Notes under the pieces: generated by a model
What the model saw: the letters and a program-made list of their open reading frames with translations, nothing else
Told to the model about the DNA's origin: nothing
Databases searched by the model: none
Assembly: GCA_038239685.1 (NCBI GenBank)
Contig: JBBSEN010000004.1
Location: 8,657 to 72,656, forward strand
DNA: 64,000 nucleotides
Direction of reading: 5' to 3'
From: Candidatus Saccharimonadales bacterium
GTDB taxonomy: Bacteria > Patescibacteriota > Saccharimonadia > Saccharimonadales > UBA4665
Translations under genes and position numbers: made by a program
In this document: positions 1 to 8,648 of the stretch, piece after piece
Layout: each line of letters starts with the position of its first letter
How positions within the stretch are numbered: position 1 is the first letter of the stretch

Positions 1-1038
1 AACGGCGATATCCTGGTGCCGCCGAACCTGATCGACCAGTTAGTAGCCAGCAATGTGCCGACGGTCACTATCGCGACTACCGGCCCTGACTCTAACAACT
101 CAGTCAATAACAGCAATTCCAATAACGTTACCGCCACCAATACCAATAACCAAGGCATTACCAACAACGTCAAGGCGACGGCCAGCAGCGGCCAGGCCGA
201 TGTTTCCCATAACACTAGCGCCGGTAGCGCTACCAGCGGCAACGCTTCGAATAACATTACGGCCTTTAACTTGACCGGCAGCCAGCTGATTGGCGCCAAT
301 GACATACTGGTTTTCGTCAACGTGTTCGGCAACTGGGTCGGCATGATCGTCAACGCCCCGGCCGGCGCCACAGCGGCCGAACTGGGCGGCGGCATTACCA
401 CTAATACTGGTCCTGATTCCAACAACACCACCAACAACCAGAACACCAATAACACCTCTATCAATGATAAAAATAACCAGACTATCAATAACAACATAAC
501 GGTTGGCGCTGAGAGCGGCAACGCCGCCGTGACCGGGAACACCAAGGGCGGCAACGCTACTAGCGGCGACGCCAAAACCGCCGTCAACCTGCTCAATGTC
601 GAAGGCACTCAAATAGCCTTGTCGCACCTGTTCGGTATCCTGTTCATTAACGTCTTTGGCAGCTGGCACGGCAGCTTCGGCGTCAACACCTCGGCCGGCG
701 ACCCGATCGCCCAAGCCGAAGCCAAGGCTACTGCCAGCGGGGCGTTTACGCCCGCCGCCATGCGTGTCTTCCGTTTCGTGCCAACCAGCGGCAGTAACAG
801 CGCTACTAGTAACTCCGGCAATGGATCCGCGGCCGTAGCCAGCAACAGCAACATCCCAAGCAACCCATTCAATGCCGCCCTGGCCGCTAAGTCAACCAAG
901 AGCACCACCCCGGTTCCGCAGCTGCAATCAGCCCACCGCAACCTGTGGTTGCCACTGGTCAGCCTCAGCTTGTTCACAATCTATGTCATCGTAGACGTCA
1001 CCTACAACCGCAGTCACAAAGCCGTCCGCCAGATTTAG
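1..1038 (+). CDS. Secreted Asn/Thr/Gly-rich repeat protein, 5' end cut by the window edge, with a C-terminal TM anchor
   Basis: Frame 1 is open from nt 1 (NGDILVPPNL...), so the 16..1038 ORF is likely a fragment. It contains two ~105-aa internal repeats, each with TGPDSNN ... GNT.GG(N/S)ATSG.A ... F(V/I)NVFG(N/S)W.G. A hydrophobic stretch, LWLPLVSLSLFTIYVIVDV, lies near the C-terminus. Confidence 0.7.
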   Translation, partial: NGDILVPPNLIDQLVASNVPTVTIATTGPDSNNSVNNSNSNNVTATNTNNQGITNNVKATASSGQADVSHNTSAGSATSGNASNNITAFNLTGSQLIGANDILVFVNVFGNWVGMIVNAPAGATAAELGGGITTNTGPDSNNTTNNQNTNNTSINDKNNQTINNNITVGAESGNAAVTGNTKGGNATSGDAKTAVNLLNVEGTQIALSHLFGILFINVFGSWHGSFGVNTSAGDPIAQAEAKATASGAFTPAAMRVFRFVPTSGSNSATSNSGNGSAAVASNSNIPSNPFNAALAAKSTKSTTPVPQLQSAHRNLWLPLVSLSLFTIYVIVDVTYNRSHKAVRQI

Positions 1039-1059
1039 TCCTAGCAGAGTTAGACGAAG

Positions 1060-1635
1060 CTATAATTCGTTAAAGAAGACCGATTGGTAAATGTCGATAA
1101 AAGCTTCTTCGTCATAGTAATCGGCGCCGTAGCTGGCCTTGACGATCTTGCCGTTGCGTCTATCCACTAAGAAAGAGGCTGGCACCAGGAACAAGTTGCC
1201 GTCGATTTTGGGCTGCTTGAAACCGTGGTCCTTGACGGCATGGACCCAGGCCGGGATCTTTGTGATACTGCGGGCAGCGGCCGCCAGCGAAGTGCCTACG
1301 CCATATAATTTATAGAATTCACGGGCGTGGTCGGCGATAATCGGGAATTCCGGCTTGACGGTGTGTCGTTTGTAGATATTGCTGATGATGTCGGATTTAT
1401 TAGATTGGATAAAGGCTACCACGGCGCAATCATGCTCCTTGAAACGGGGGTACTCCAGCGACAAGCGATGGATGGCCAGGTTACACCATGGACAACCGGA
1501 ATAGCGTAGGAATACCAGCAAGACGTAGCGGGCGTCGATTTTGCCCAAGCTGACTTTGTGGCCGGACACGTCCCGGGCGTTAAAGTCAGGGGCGGTTTGC
1601 CCGGCGCCCAGTCTGGTGGAGAGCAGTGATGTCAC
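1060..1635 (-). CDS. Peroxiredoxin-like (AhpC/TSA, PRX-like2) thiol-disulfide oxidoreductase
   Basis: Thioredoxin-fold pattern APDFNARDVSGHKVSL...VLLVFLRYSGCPWCN with a CPxC active site. The ~190 aa length is typical of the family. Confidence 0.7.
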   Translation of the reverse strand: MTSLLSTRLGAGQTAPDFNARDVSGHKVSLGKIDARYVLLVFLRYSGCPWCNLAIHRLSLEYPRFKEHDCAVVAFIQSNKSDIISNIYKRHTVKPEFPIIADHAREFYKLYGVGTSLAAAARSITKIPAWVHAVKDHGFKQPKIDGNLFLVPASFLVDRRNGKIVKASYGADYYDEEAFIDIYQSVFFNEL

Positions 1636-1692
1636 TTCCCTAGCTTAGCCTAATCCAAGCACTTTATACAGACGAACCCTTGCTTGACCTGG

Positions 1693-2826
1693 TTAGCTAC
1701 GGGCGAGAAGTTTCTTGGGTGCGACCAGGCCGCGCAGCATAGCCAAGACCTTAACGACTGACAAAACGTAAAAAAGCCCATAGGTTACCGGGATTAGCAG
1801 GCTGTAAGCGACCTTTTGAAGGGTTTTAAGCTGCTCGTCGCCCCAGATAGCGAATAGTACCAGGCCGGCGGTAATAATAAGACTGAGGACAAAGAAGGCC
1901 GGTTCGCGCAAGGCGATAGCCATATATATGAAGTAGCTAACTACGATAGGCAGTAAAAGCGTTATTAGGCCATTGCATAGAGCCAGCGACAACCGCAACC
2001 AGGCCGATAAGCGGCGCTGCCGCCAGAATGACCGGAAATCTTCGGCTTGTGCTTGGTACTGCAGCCGCATAAGCCCATAAAACAAGCTGTTGGGCCGGTA
2101 GCGTACCACGGCGTCGCTGGCATAGGCGGTGCGCCACGGCCGCTTGGCTGGTTTGTGTAGTGATAAGAATATTTCGCGGCGATAGATAACATCTATGGCG
2201 TGCTCGTAATCCGCGTTCAGCAGGCTGGCTAGCTTTTTAGAGCCAACACCTAGCATTTCCCGGTATTGCTGGAATAAACCGACGGTACTGAAAGCCGACA
2301 AGACGCGTCGGTTGAGGCGAGCCACGCCAAGGCTAGGCTCCATATTATAGCGCAGCACTAAGTTCGTAATAGCCTGTTTGTCGAGCAGGCTGCCGGCAGA
2401 TAGTTGGAGTACTAGTTCGGCGTGGGTGTATTTCTTGACATTGGCGGCGATGACCGCGCCAGATGCCATGGCAGTTCGGCGGCCGACCAGGCGGACAGGA
2501 CGTTTGGGATGCGCCGCCTGGAATTGCTGGATAATCGCCCGGGTACTATCAGTGGAACCGTGATCGATCACCAGTATTTCCAATTTACGGTAGCTGCCGG
2601 CCGTCAAACCGCCCAAGCATTGTCCGATCACCTTTTCGTCATTACTGGTGTTAATAACTACAGCTACCAGCGGTCGCTGGCGGTACTGGCTGGCATAGGG
2701 GTGACGGCTGAAGTGCTGCCGCTGCCGGGCGGCGCGAATGTCATAGATACTGGCGCCGATGAAATTCGCCACCGTCGTGATCAGCCCTATAACAGCGGTA
2801 AAAATAAACAACTGCCCGATGATCAT
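1693..2826 (-). CDS. Membrane-bound family 2 glycosyltransferase
   Basis: N-terminal TM, then PLVAVVINTSNDEKVI...LEILVIDHGSTDST (GT2 Rossmann start), then C-terminal TM helices. Its start overlaps the sortase stop (ATGA at 2823-2826). Confidence 0.75.
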   Translation of the reverse strand: MIIGQLFIFTAVIGLITTVANFIGASIYDIRAARQRQHFSRHPYASQYRQRPLVAVVINTSNDEKVIGQCLGGLTAGSYRKLEILVIDHGSTDSTRAIIQQFQAAHPKRPVRLVGRRTAMASGAVIAANVKKYTHAELVLQLSAGSLLDKQAITNLVLRYNMEPSLGVARLNRRVLSAFSTVGLFQQYREMLGVGSKKLASLLNADYEHAIDVIYRREIFLSLHKPAKRPWRTAYASDAVVRYRPNSLFYGLMRLQYQAQAEDFRSFWRQRRLSAWLRLSLALCNGLITLLLPIVVSYFIYMAIALREPAFFVLSLIITAGLVLFAIWGDEQLKTLQKVAYSLLIPVTYGLFYVLSVVKVLAMLRGLVAPKKLLARS

Positions 2827-3446
2827 TGGACGACCCTATCAAAACTGTAGCTATACAGTGTTCGGATCTCATTAAAACTGCCGGTACAGGTCTGGATGGT
2901 CAAGATAGGCGGGCCATGATAGTCCAGGACGGAAGTGGCATCCGGCGGCACGTTAGTGCTGCTGGTGAAACGATAGGAGAAAACGTGGCCGTTATCGGTA
3001 TAGACCAAGGCCGTCGAGCCGACGGCTGGCGTGACGTGCCGTAAGGCACCGAATACGTCGTTATTATTGTGGCCGTAGATGTAGGTCTCGCCGGCGAAGT
3101 TATTGGCCAAGCTGCTGACCGTCATGAACTGGGCGTGGTAGCCGCTCAGCGTCCAGGAGTCGCTGGCCTGGTCGTAGTAGCCCTTATCGACTGGCAAGTC
3201 GACGACCCGGCCGGCATAGGACGAGCCGGGTATGACTAACCGCACCGGCAAGCCAGAGACCTCTTTGACGGCTGGCGCGACCGGCGCGGCGGTACGGGGG
3301 GTAGTTTTCAAAGCGACGTAACGGGCTGAGCCAGCATGTGGTCCGGGATGAATGACAAACCAGCCAAATGCTATGGTTAGCAGGTATATCGTCGCCACGT
3401 TAAAGCAAAAACGAACTTTCTGGCGTAGAGAAAGTTCGTTTTGCAT
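2823..3446 (-). CDS. Sortase family transpeptidase
   Basis: N-terminal TM anchor, catalytic His context IYGHNNNDVFGAL, Cys motif LTIQTCTG (TLxTC-like) and a downstream Arg (EIRTLYSY). It lies directly downstream of an LPXTG protein. Confidence 0.85.
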   Translation of the reverse strand: MQNELSLRQKVRFCFNVATIYLLTIAFGWFVIHPGPHAGSARYVALKTTPRTAAPVAPAVKEVSGLPVRLVIPGSSYAGRVVDLPVDKGYYDQASDSWTLSGYHAQFMTVSSLANNFAGETYIYGHNNNDVFGALRHVTPAVGSTALVYTDNGHVFSYRFTSSTNVPPDATSVLDYHGPPILTIQTCTGSFNEIRTLYSYSFDRVVQ

Positions 3447-3464
3447 AGCGCCTATCCGTATCTA

Positions 3465-4007
3465 TTACTTGAGCGCGAAACGGCGGTAAGCCGAAACACC
3501 CAACTGGGATACAGCCAGGGTGCCGCCGATTATGGCGACGCCGGCAACAGTCGTGTCAAGCACAGCGTTGCTGCCAGTGTGTGGCAATGAAGCCACGTTG
3601 GCTGAAGCTGGAGCGGCGGCGGCAGGAGTGCTAGCAGCAGCGCCTTTTCCGCCGACAGCCGGCGTAGTAGCGGCTACGGTCGTAGCAGTGCCGCAACTGG
3701 CACCGATGTTGGTTACGACGACGCTAGAGTTGTTAACGGAACCGCTGTTGGCGTTGCCGCCGGTAGTGTTGCCGTCAACCAGCGCCTGGCCGGTGCTACC
3801 GATTTGCGAGTTGTTGTTGTCAACAACGATGTTGTTTACGCAAGACGCGTAGACTTTGTTAGTCAGGTTGGTCTCACAACTGTTATGTGAGTCCGGACCA
3901 GTATTAAAAATGTCACATGCGTCACTGGTCCCTGCAGCGGCGGCGACACCGACGACTAGGCTGGCGCCTACTAATGCTGTTGATAAAATTTGGATGAATC
4001 GCTTCAC
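3465..4007 (-). CDS. LPXTG-anchored surface protein, paralogue of the Asn/Thr/Gly-rich repeat family
   Basis: Signal peptide plus NTGPDSHN ... GNTTGGNANSG module. The C-terminal sorting signal is LPHTG, a hydrophobic stretch and RRFALK. I prefer the GTG start at 4007, which has AAGGGG 7 nt upstream. The tracked ATG start at 4037 has no SD. Confidence 0.85.
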   Translation of the reverse strand: MKRFIQILSTALVGASLVVGVAAAAGTSDACDIFNTGPDSHNSCETNLTNKVYASCVNNIVVDNNNSQIGSTGQALVDGNTTGGNANSGSVNNSSVVVTNIGASCGTATTVAATTPAVGGKGAAASTPAAAAPASANVASLPHTGSNAVLDTTVAGVAIIGGTLAVSQLGVSAYRRFALK

Positions 4008-4305
4008 GTTAAAACCCCTTACATTACTTATATACATTAGTTTTACACCACTTTAATATAAATGACAATAGGTAAAGTTTATTATATACATAAGCACTTT
4101 TCCCCATTAACATGACTACCCCCGTTGCACTCTGGTAATGCTAAAAATATATCGAGTTAAAGAAATAATGTAATTTTTGTAACATATAATATCGTCAGAC
4201 AAGGAACCTGATTATATTTGGTGCGGCAATCATTATCGGTGGCGTTTTCTTCCAGATTTACTTGTTGGATTTGCCTCTTATAAATAAAACTGTTATAATA
4301 TTGCA

Positions 4306-5121
4306 ATGTCTAAAGAATTATTAGCGGCCATCCAAGGCGCCGGCCCAGTACCCAAAATAGCCGCGGCCTTGGAGGATGACCCGATAGCGGCCGGCATAGT
4401 TGTTGATGACTATGAGGATAGCCTGGTCGGTTCGCGCCTGTTCAATGTCGCCACGGCGGCCATGGACGCCTTGCGCGTTGAGCCAACTGAGCCGGTTATA
4501 GCTAGGCCGCTTCAGCTGTCGCAACCGGAAGACCGGCTGGAGCGCTTCACTATGCGCATATTGAATAACAGCCTGGAACGGTCCGGTTCCCTATGCAGAT
4601 TACAGTTTACTAGCCCCGTAGTTGACAAGCTTGGCACCTGCAGTTACGCCGAGGAGCGGTTTTTGGAAGCCGTCGAGAGCGCGTACGGTGGAGCTCACGA
4701 CCCGGAGGCAACACCTTTATTGCTGGTTGACAGCAGCGGCCAGCCGATTATGTTAAAAAAGCCCAATAACGAACTGACAACGCTGACCTTTAAACCGATT
4801 GAAATTAATCACGTTCGTTATCCCGGCGGCACCCTGCTCAACATGCTGGAACAGGCAGATATGCCGGTCGTCGAATACGGCAACCTTGACATCGGGCGGG
4901 CCGACCCGGCTTTGGTTCGAGCCATCGCGGCCTTACGGTTTAGCTTTTTGGCTTTCGAGCCAGCTGCCCGGCAGTGTATTACAGAACCCATCCCGGGCTA
5001 TGAGCTGAGTAACGATGACATGCAGTCATTTACACAGAGTACGCTGTCAAACCTCCGAAACATGTTCCCCGACCAGCAAACATTGCGCCAAATTTATGCT
5101 GACCCTGGCCTGAAACCCTAG
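4306..5121 (+). CDS. Hypothetical protein (271 aa, no signal peptide)
   Basis: A long ORF following an AT-rich divergent intergenic region. I recognise no motif. Confidence 0.5.
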   Translation: MSKELLAAIQGAGPVPKIAAALEDDPIAAGIVVDDYEDSLVGSRLFNVATAAMDALRVEPTEPVIARPLQLSQPEDRLERFTMRILNNSLERSGSLCRLQFTSPVVDKLGTCSYAEERFLEAVESAYGGAHDPEATPLLLVDSSGQPIMLKKPNNELTTLTFKPIEINHVRYPGGTLLNMLEQADMPVVEYGNLDIGRADPALVRAIAALRFSFLAFEPAARQCITEPIPGYELSNDDMQSFTQSTLSNLRNMFPDQQTLRQIYADPGLKP

Positions 5122-5125
5122 AATA

Positions 5126-5434
5126 CTAGTTGGAGATATTGATGGTAGTCGTGCTGGTGCTGCTATTGCTGGCGTTGCCGCTAGTAGCGTTGCCGCCAGT
5201 AGTGTTGCCGCTGACGTTGGCGTTGCCAGTGTGGCTGGACTGGTGGTTGGTGTTGGTGACCGTAACGTTGTTAGTGTTAGTCGTGGTACTGCCGCCGTAG
5301 CCAGTACCGCTGGTGGTAGAAGTAGCCGCCGAAGCAGCGCCGAAACCGACTAGGCCGACAATTGTCAGTGAGCCGAGTCCGAGAGATAGCCGAGCGGCCA
5401 AACTGCTGTTTTTGATCTGACCCAATAGTCTCAT
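5126..5434 (-). CDS. Small secreted protein, third member of the GNTTGGNATSGNA family
   Basis: Signal/TM region LSLGLGSLTIVGLVGFGAASA, then NNVTVTNTNHQSSHTGNANVSGNTTGGNATSGNASNSS. The ATG at 5434 has AAGGAG 6 nt upstream. The tracked start at 5458 is less likely. Confidence 0.75.
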   Translation of the reverse strand: MRLLGQIKNSSLAARLSLGLGSLTIVGLVGFGAASAATSTTSGTGYGGSTTTNTNNVTVTNTNHQSSHTGNANVSGNTTGGNATSGNASNSSTSTTTINISN

Positions 5435-5591
5435 ATGCCACTCCTTCCCTTTTATCATTCTAGATTACCTTATATGCTTATTTTAGGCAAATGAAAAATC
5501 TTACAAATCAATGTAATATTGACTTTTGTCTACGGGGATACGATAATGTCCGACAGATACAACTAAAATAAAATTCCCTAAAGGAAATACT

Positions 5592-6521
5592 ATGAAAAAA
5601 CTCAATGTTAGCGGCTTCAGCCACGTGCTGCTGCCCTTGCTGGTAATTGGCGTTATCGCCACGATCGGTACTTATGTCCTAACCGGCAGCCACGCCGACA
5701 CGCCCGGGCCGGAAGTTATCAAGCCCAAGTCGATCAGTTTTAGCAACCAGTACCTGAGCGTCACGCCTAAAACCGGCCAGGTTAACGTCGACCGCGGCCA
5801 GCCTAATACCGGCTTGCTGCCCCCCGGCGTCGACCCTGTCGCCGCTGACGGCTATAGCGTCGGTTTTATAATCCATAATAAAACGGCCCTGGCTTATCGT
5901 TTGGAGAAAACTAACAATACGGCGTCGGCGGGCTTTGCTCTCGGCCCGAATAATAACTTGCAGCCCGGCCAGACACAGCCGGTAATTGTCTATGCCGACC
6001 GCTATCTCCCGAATCCGGTTCCCCAGACTCTCAGCGCCAGGCTACAGTACGAAATTACTGATAGCACGGCTCCAGGCGGCGTTCGCTGGAAGATCGGACC
6101 GGCTATTAGCCTGACCGTCTTCTTGACCGGCCAGCAGCCCTATACCGATTACTTCCACCTGTCGCAGCTAGTAGGTGGTTGCAACCTGAACCGCGGCCAG
6201 GTAAACCAGTCGACCGGGTTAATTACCTGCACTAGCACGAACGTCGTTATAATCGCTACGCATGCCACGCAATTCCAGCTCGTGCCGAACCCGGCGACAC
6301 CGCCTACCAGCGGCCAGGGTTATATCGTAGCGGTGACTGGCCAAGATCCGCAGCAGATATTCAATCTCCAGCCGGGACAACCCGGCGCCCTGTACCCGTA
6401 CCTGGCTCGAACCAAACAACCCGGCAATTACAACGGCTCAGAAATTATCCGTTTCCGCGAAGCGACCGGCGAGATGGTAAACGGCCCAGTGGTGTACTAC
6501 AACATCACCTTGGCTAACTAG
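5592..6521 (+). CDS. Secreted hypothetical protein (309 aa)
   Basis: N-terminal signal/TM region (LLPLLVIGVIATIGTYVL). The rest is predicted extracytoplasmic. No family recognised. Confidence 0.55.
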   Translation: MKKLNVSGFSHVLLPLLVIGVIATIGTYVLTGSHADTPGPEVIKPKSISFSNQYLSVTPKTGQVNVDRGQPNTGLLPPGVDPVAADGYSVGFIIHNKTALAYRLEKTNNTASAGFALGPNNNLQPGQTQPVIVYADRYLPNPVPQTLSARLQYEITDSTAPGGVRWKIGPAISLTVFLTGQQPYTDYFHLSQLVGGCNLNRGQVNQSTGLITCTSTNVVIIATHATQFQLVPNPATPPTSGQGYIVAVTGQDPQQIFNLQPGQPGALYPYLARTKQPGNYNGSEIIRFREATGEMVNGPVVYYNITLAN

Positions 6522-7012
6522 AGGTCGTCGCGGCGCAGTTCCAGGCCGGCCCGGACTAGGCCGATCAATAAGAAGTAGAAGGTCATGACCGAAAAAGTAT
6601 CGGCCAGCGTGGCGCGGCTGAGAGTGGTGGTGACCGGTACGATGATCAAGCAGATCAGGGCCGAACTGAAGATTATCCGGCTGGGCAGGCGCAGGATGAC
6701 TGCTGCCACACCGTAGACTAGGAAGGCCCAGTTAATGAAACTGGTGGCGACCGACACCACGGCCAGGACGGCGATCAGCAGCACGCTGTAAGCCAATTGA
6801 TTAAATAGGGCCGTGTCGGGCACGTTGCGGCTGATCGGCTCGGGCAGCGGCAGGGCCGGCGGTTTGGCGGCCAGGCTGATTAAGCGCTGGCGGCGCAGCT
6901 GGAGTTCACGGGCGTCGAGGAAGACGGCGTGCTGCCGGCGCGGACTAGGCTTGCCGCCGCCGCGGATCTCGTTGCCAACCAGCCGGCGGCGGTCAACCAC
7001 GGTAGGCCTCAT
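6518..7012 (-). CDS. Small integral membrane protein
   Basis: Arg-rich N-terminus followed by 3-4 hydrophobic helices. It overlaps the stop of the upstream gene. Confidence 0.5.
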   Translation of the reverse strand: MRPTVVDRRRLVGNEIRGGGKPSPRRQHAVFLDARELQLRRQRLISLAAKPPALPLPEPISRNVPDTALFNQLAYSVLLIAVLAVVSVATSFINWAFLVYGVAAVILRLPSRIIFSSALICLIIVPVTTTLSRATLADTFSVMTFYFLLIGLVRAGLELRRDDL

Positions 7013-8648
7013 TGCGATAAACGTCTAAGCCGCTGGCATGGCTGACTAGCTTCAAGTCACGCTGCCGCGATAAGAAGCCGTACTGGGAATAATCATAGCC
7101 ATGGGCTAGTAACACGTATTGGACGTGAATCCGCGCCAAAGTATGGCCCAGGTCGGTCCGGTCACTGCGGCCCAGCACCTGGCTTTCGACGAAGCGGCTG
7201 GTCGGTGTCGGTGTCGGGTCGTCAATGCCGCCGAACTGGGCGTTAGTGCCGGCAATTACCGATCCGTCAAAAAACGCCGGCGCCGGGTTGGCGATAATCC
7301 GCGGCGTGAAGTCGTAGCTCATATATTCGTGCCATGGCAGGAACAACAGTTTGCCGCTAGGCGGAGTAGCCTGCAATTGCCGGTTAAAGCTATACCAACT
7401 GGCCGGATACTGGACGGCCTTGAGCTGGTTAACGAAACCGAAGGGCATGGTGGCGGTATAGAAGACCGGCAGCAGCAGGGCGCCGTCGCGCAGCAGTTCC
7501 AACCGGCCAGTGGCGGCCGGCTTAACCCGGGCTAGTAGCCGGTCCAGGCCATGGGCGGCAAAGTAAACATAGGCTAGCGCCAGTAAGGCACTAAACTTCT
7601 CCGGTTCGCGGAAGCCGCGCATCAACGGCAGGTGCTCAATGCCCCAGCGCACCACCGGCCCGCTGACCGGCGCCTGGACGCCCAAGGCCACCACCAAGCC
7701 AATCAACCCGGCTAAGGCCAGGCTAACGGCCAGCAGCGACCGCGTCCGCCACCGCTCGCGACCGCCGATCACCACCAGCAACAAGATCAACAAGCCGCCA
7801 ACCAGCCAAACCAGCGGATTATGATTCGGCATAGCGTAGCGGCCATAGCGCTCTAGCCAGAAGCCGTACAGGCTGACCACATTGACGAACAGTCCGTGAT
7901 GCCCGGCAGTGCTAAAAGCACTGAGGTCACGACTGCCAATACCTCGAATTGTCTGACTGATTGGCGACGAGCCGCCAGCCACGCCAGCCAGCCAGTAGCT
8001 GTTCAGCACCACCACCCCCACAACGGCCAAGCCGCCGTAACGCCACATATTCCGGTAATAATTCCCCTTTGGCGATTGGGCGAACAAGTGGACGACGAAG
8101 ATGATTGCCCCAAGCAGGCTGCCGATGACCAGCATATGGACCGACACCAGGGCGATGGCGCAGTACCACCCGGCCACCCGCGCCGCCGTCCGCCGTCCCG
8201 GCCGGACACAGAAGCTCGCTAGGGCCGCCACCAAGAACGGCAGCAAGGCATAGCCTGCTAGCAACAGGTACTGCCCGGCCATCCAGCGCTCATAGGTGAA
8301 CGGATTAACGGTATAAAACAAACCGGCAAAGTAGCGCGGCAGCTCGGCCTTGGTCTGCATTAAGCGATACATACCAATGCCGCCTGTTAATAAGATAGCG
8401 AAGATCAGCAACTTCTCGACCACTTGCCCTGGCAGCACCAGGTTGACGACATGCAGCAACCAATGAAACAGATAACTATTAGATACAGCCGTCGGCGCCA
8501 CCAGCTTGGGCGTAAACACCATGTCCAAGGTCAGTACGAAACCAGGCCGTAGCATCGGCCCCATAATCACCAAGGCCAGCAGCGAAAACCACCCCACCTC
8601 CGGATGCCGCGCCACCACCCCGCCCAGCCGCTTACCTAGGCCCGACAT
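6993..8648 (-). CDS. Polytopic membrane protein, candidate GT-C-type glycosyltransferase
   Basis: About 11 hydrophobic helices over ~400 aa, then a ~130-aa soluble C-terminal domain. It sits between glycan genes. The assignment rests on architecture only. Confidence 0.5.
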   Translation of the reverse strand: MSGLGKRLGGVVARHPEVGWFSLLALVIMGPMLRPGFVLTLDMVFTPKLVAPTAVSNSYLFHWLLHVVNLVLPGQVVEKLLIFAILLTGGIGMYRLMQTKAELPRYFAGLFYTVNPFTYERWMAGQYLLLAGYALLPFLVAALASFCVRPGRRTAARVAGWYCAIALVSVHMLVIGSLLGAIIFVVHLFAQSPKGNYYRNMWRYGGLAVVGVVVLNSYWLAGVAGGSSPISQTIRGIGSRDLSAFSTAGHHGLFVNVVSLYGFWLERYGRYAMPNHNPLVWLVGGLLILLLVVIGGRERWRTRSLLAVSLALAGLIGLVVALGVQAPVSGPVVRWGIEHLPLMRGFREPEKFSALLALAYVYFAAHGLDRLLARVKPAATGRLELLRDGALLLPVFYTATMPFGFVNQLKAVQYPASWYSFNRQLQATPPSGKLLFLPWHEYMSYDFTPRIIANPAPAFFDGSVIAGTNAQFGGIDDPTPTPTSRFVESQVLGRSDRTDLGHTLARIHVQYVLLAHGYDYSQYGFLSRQRDLKLVSHASGLDVYRNEAYRG

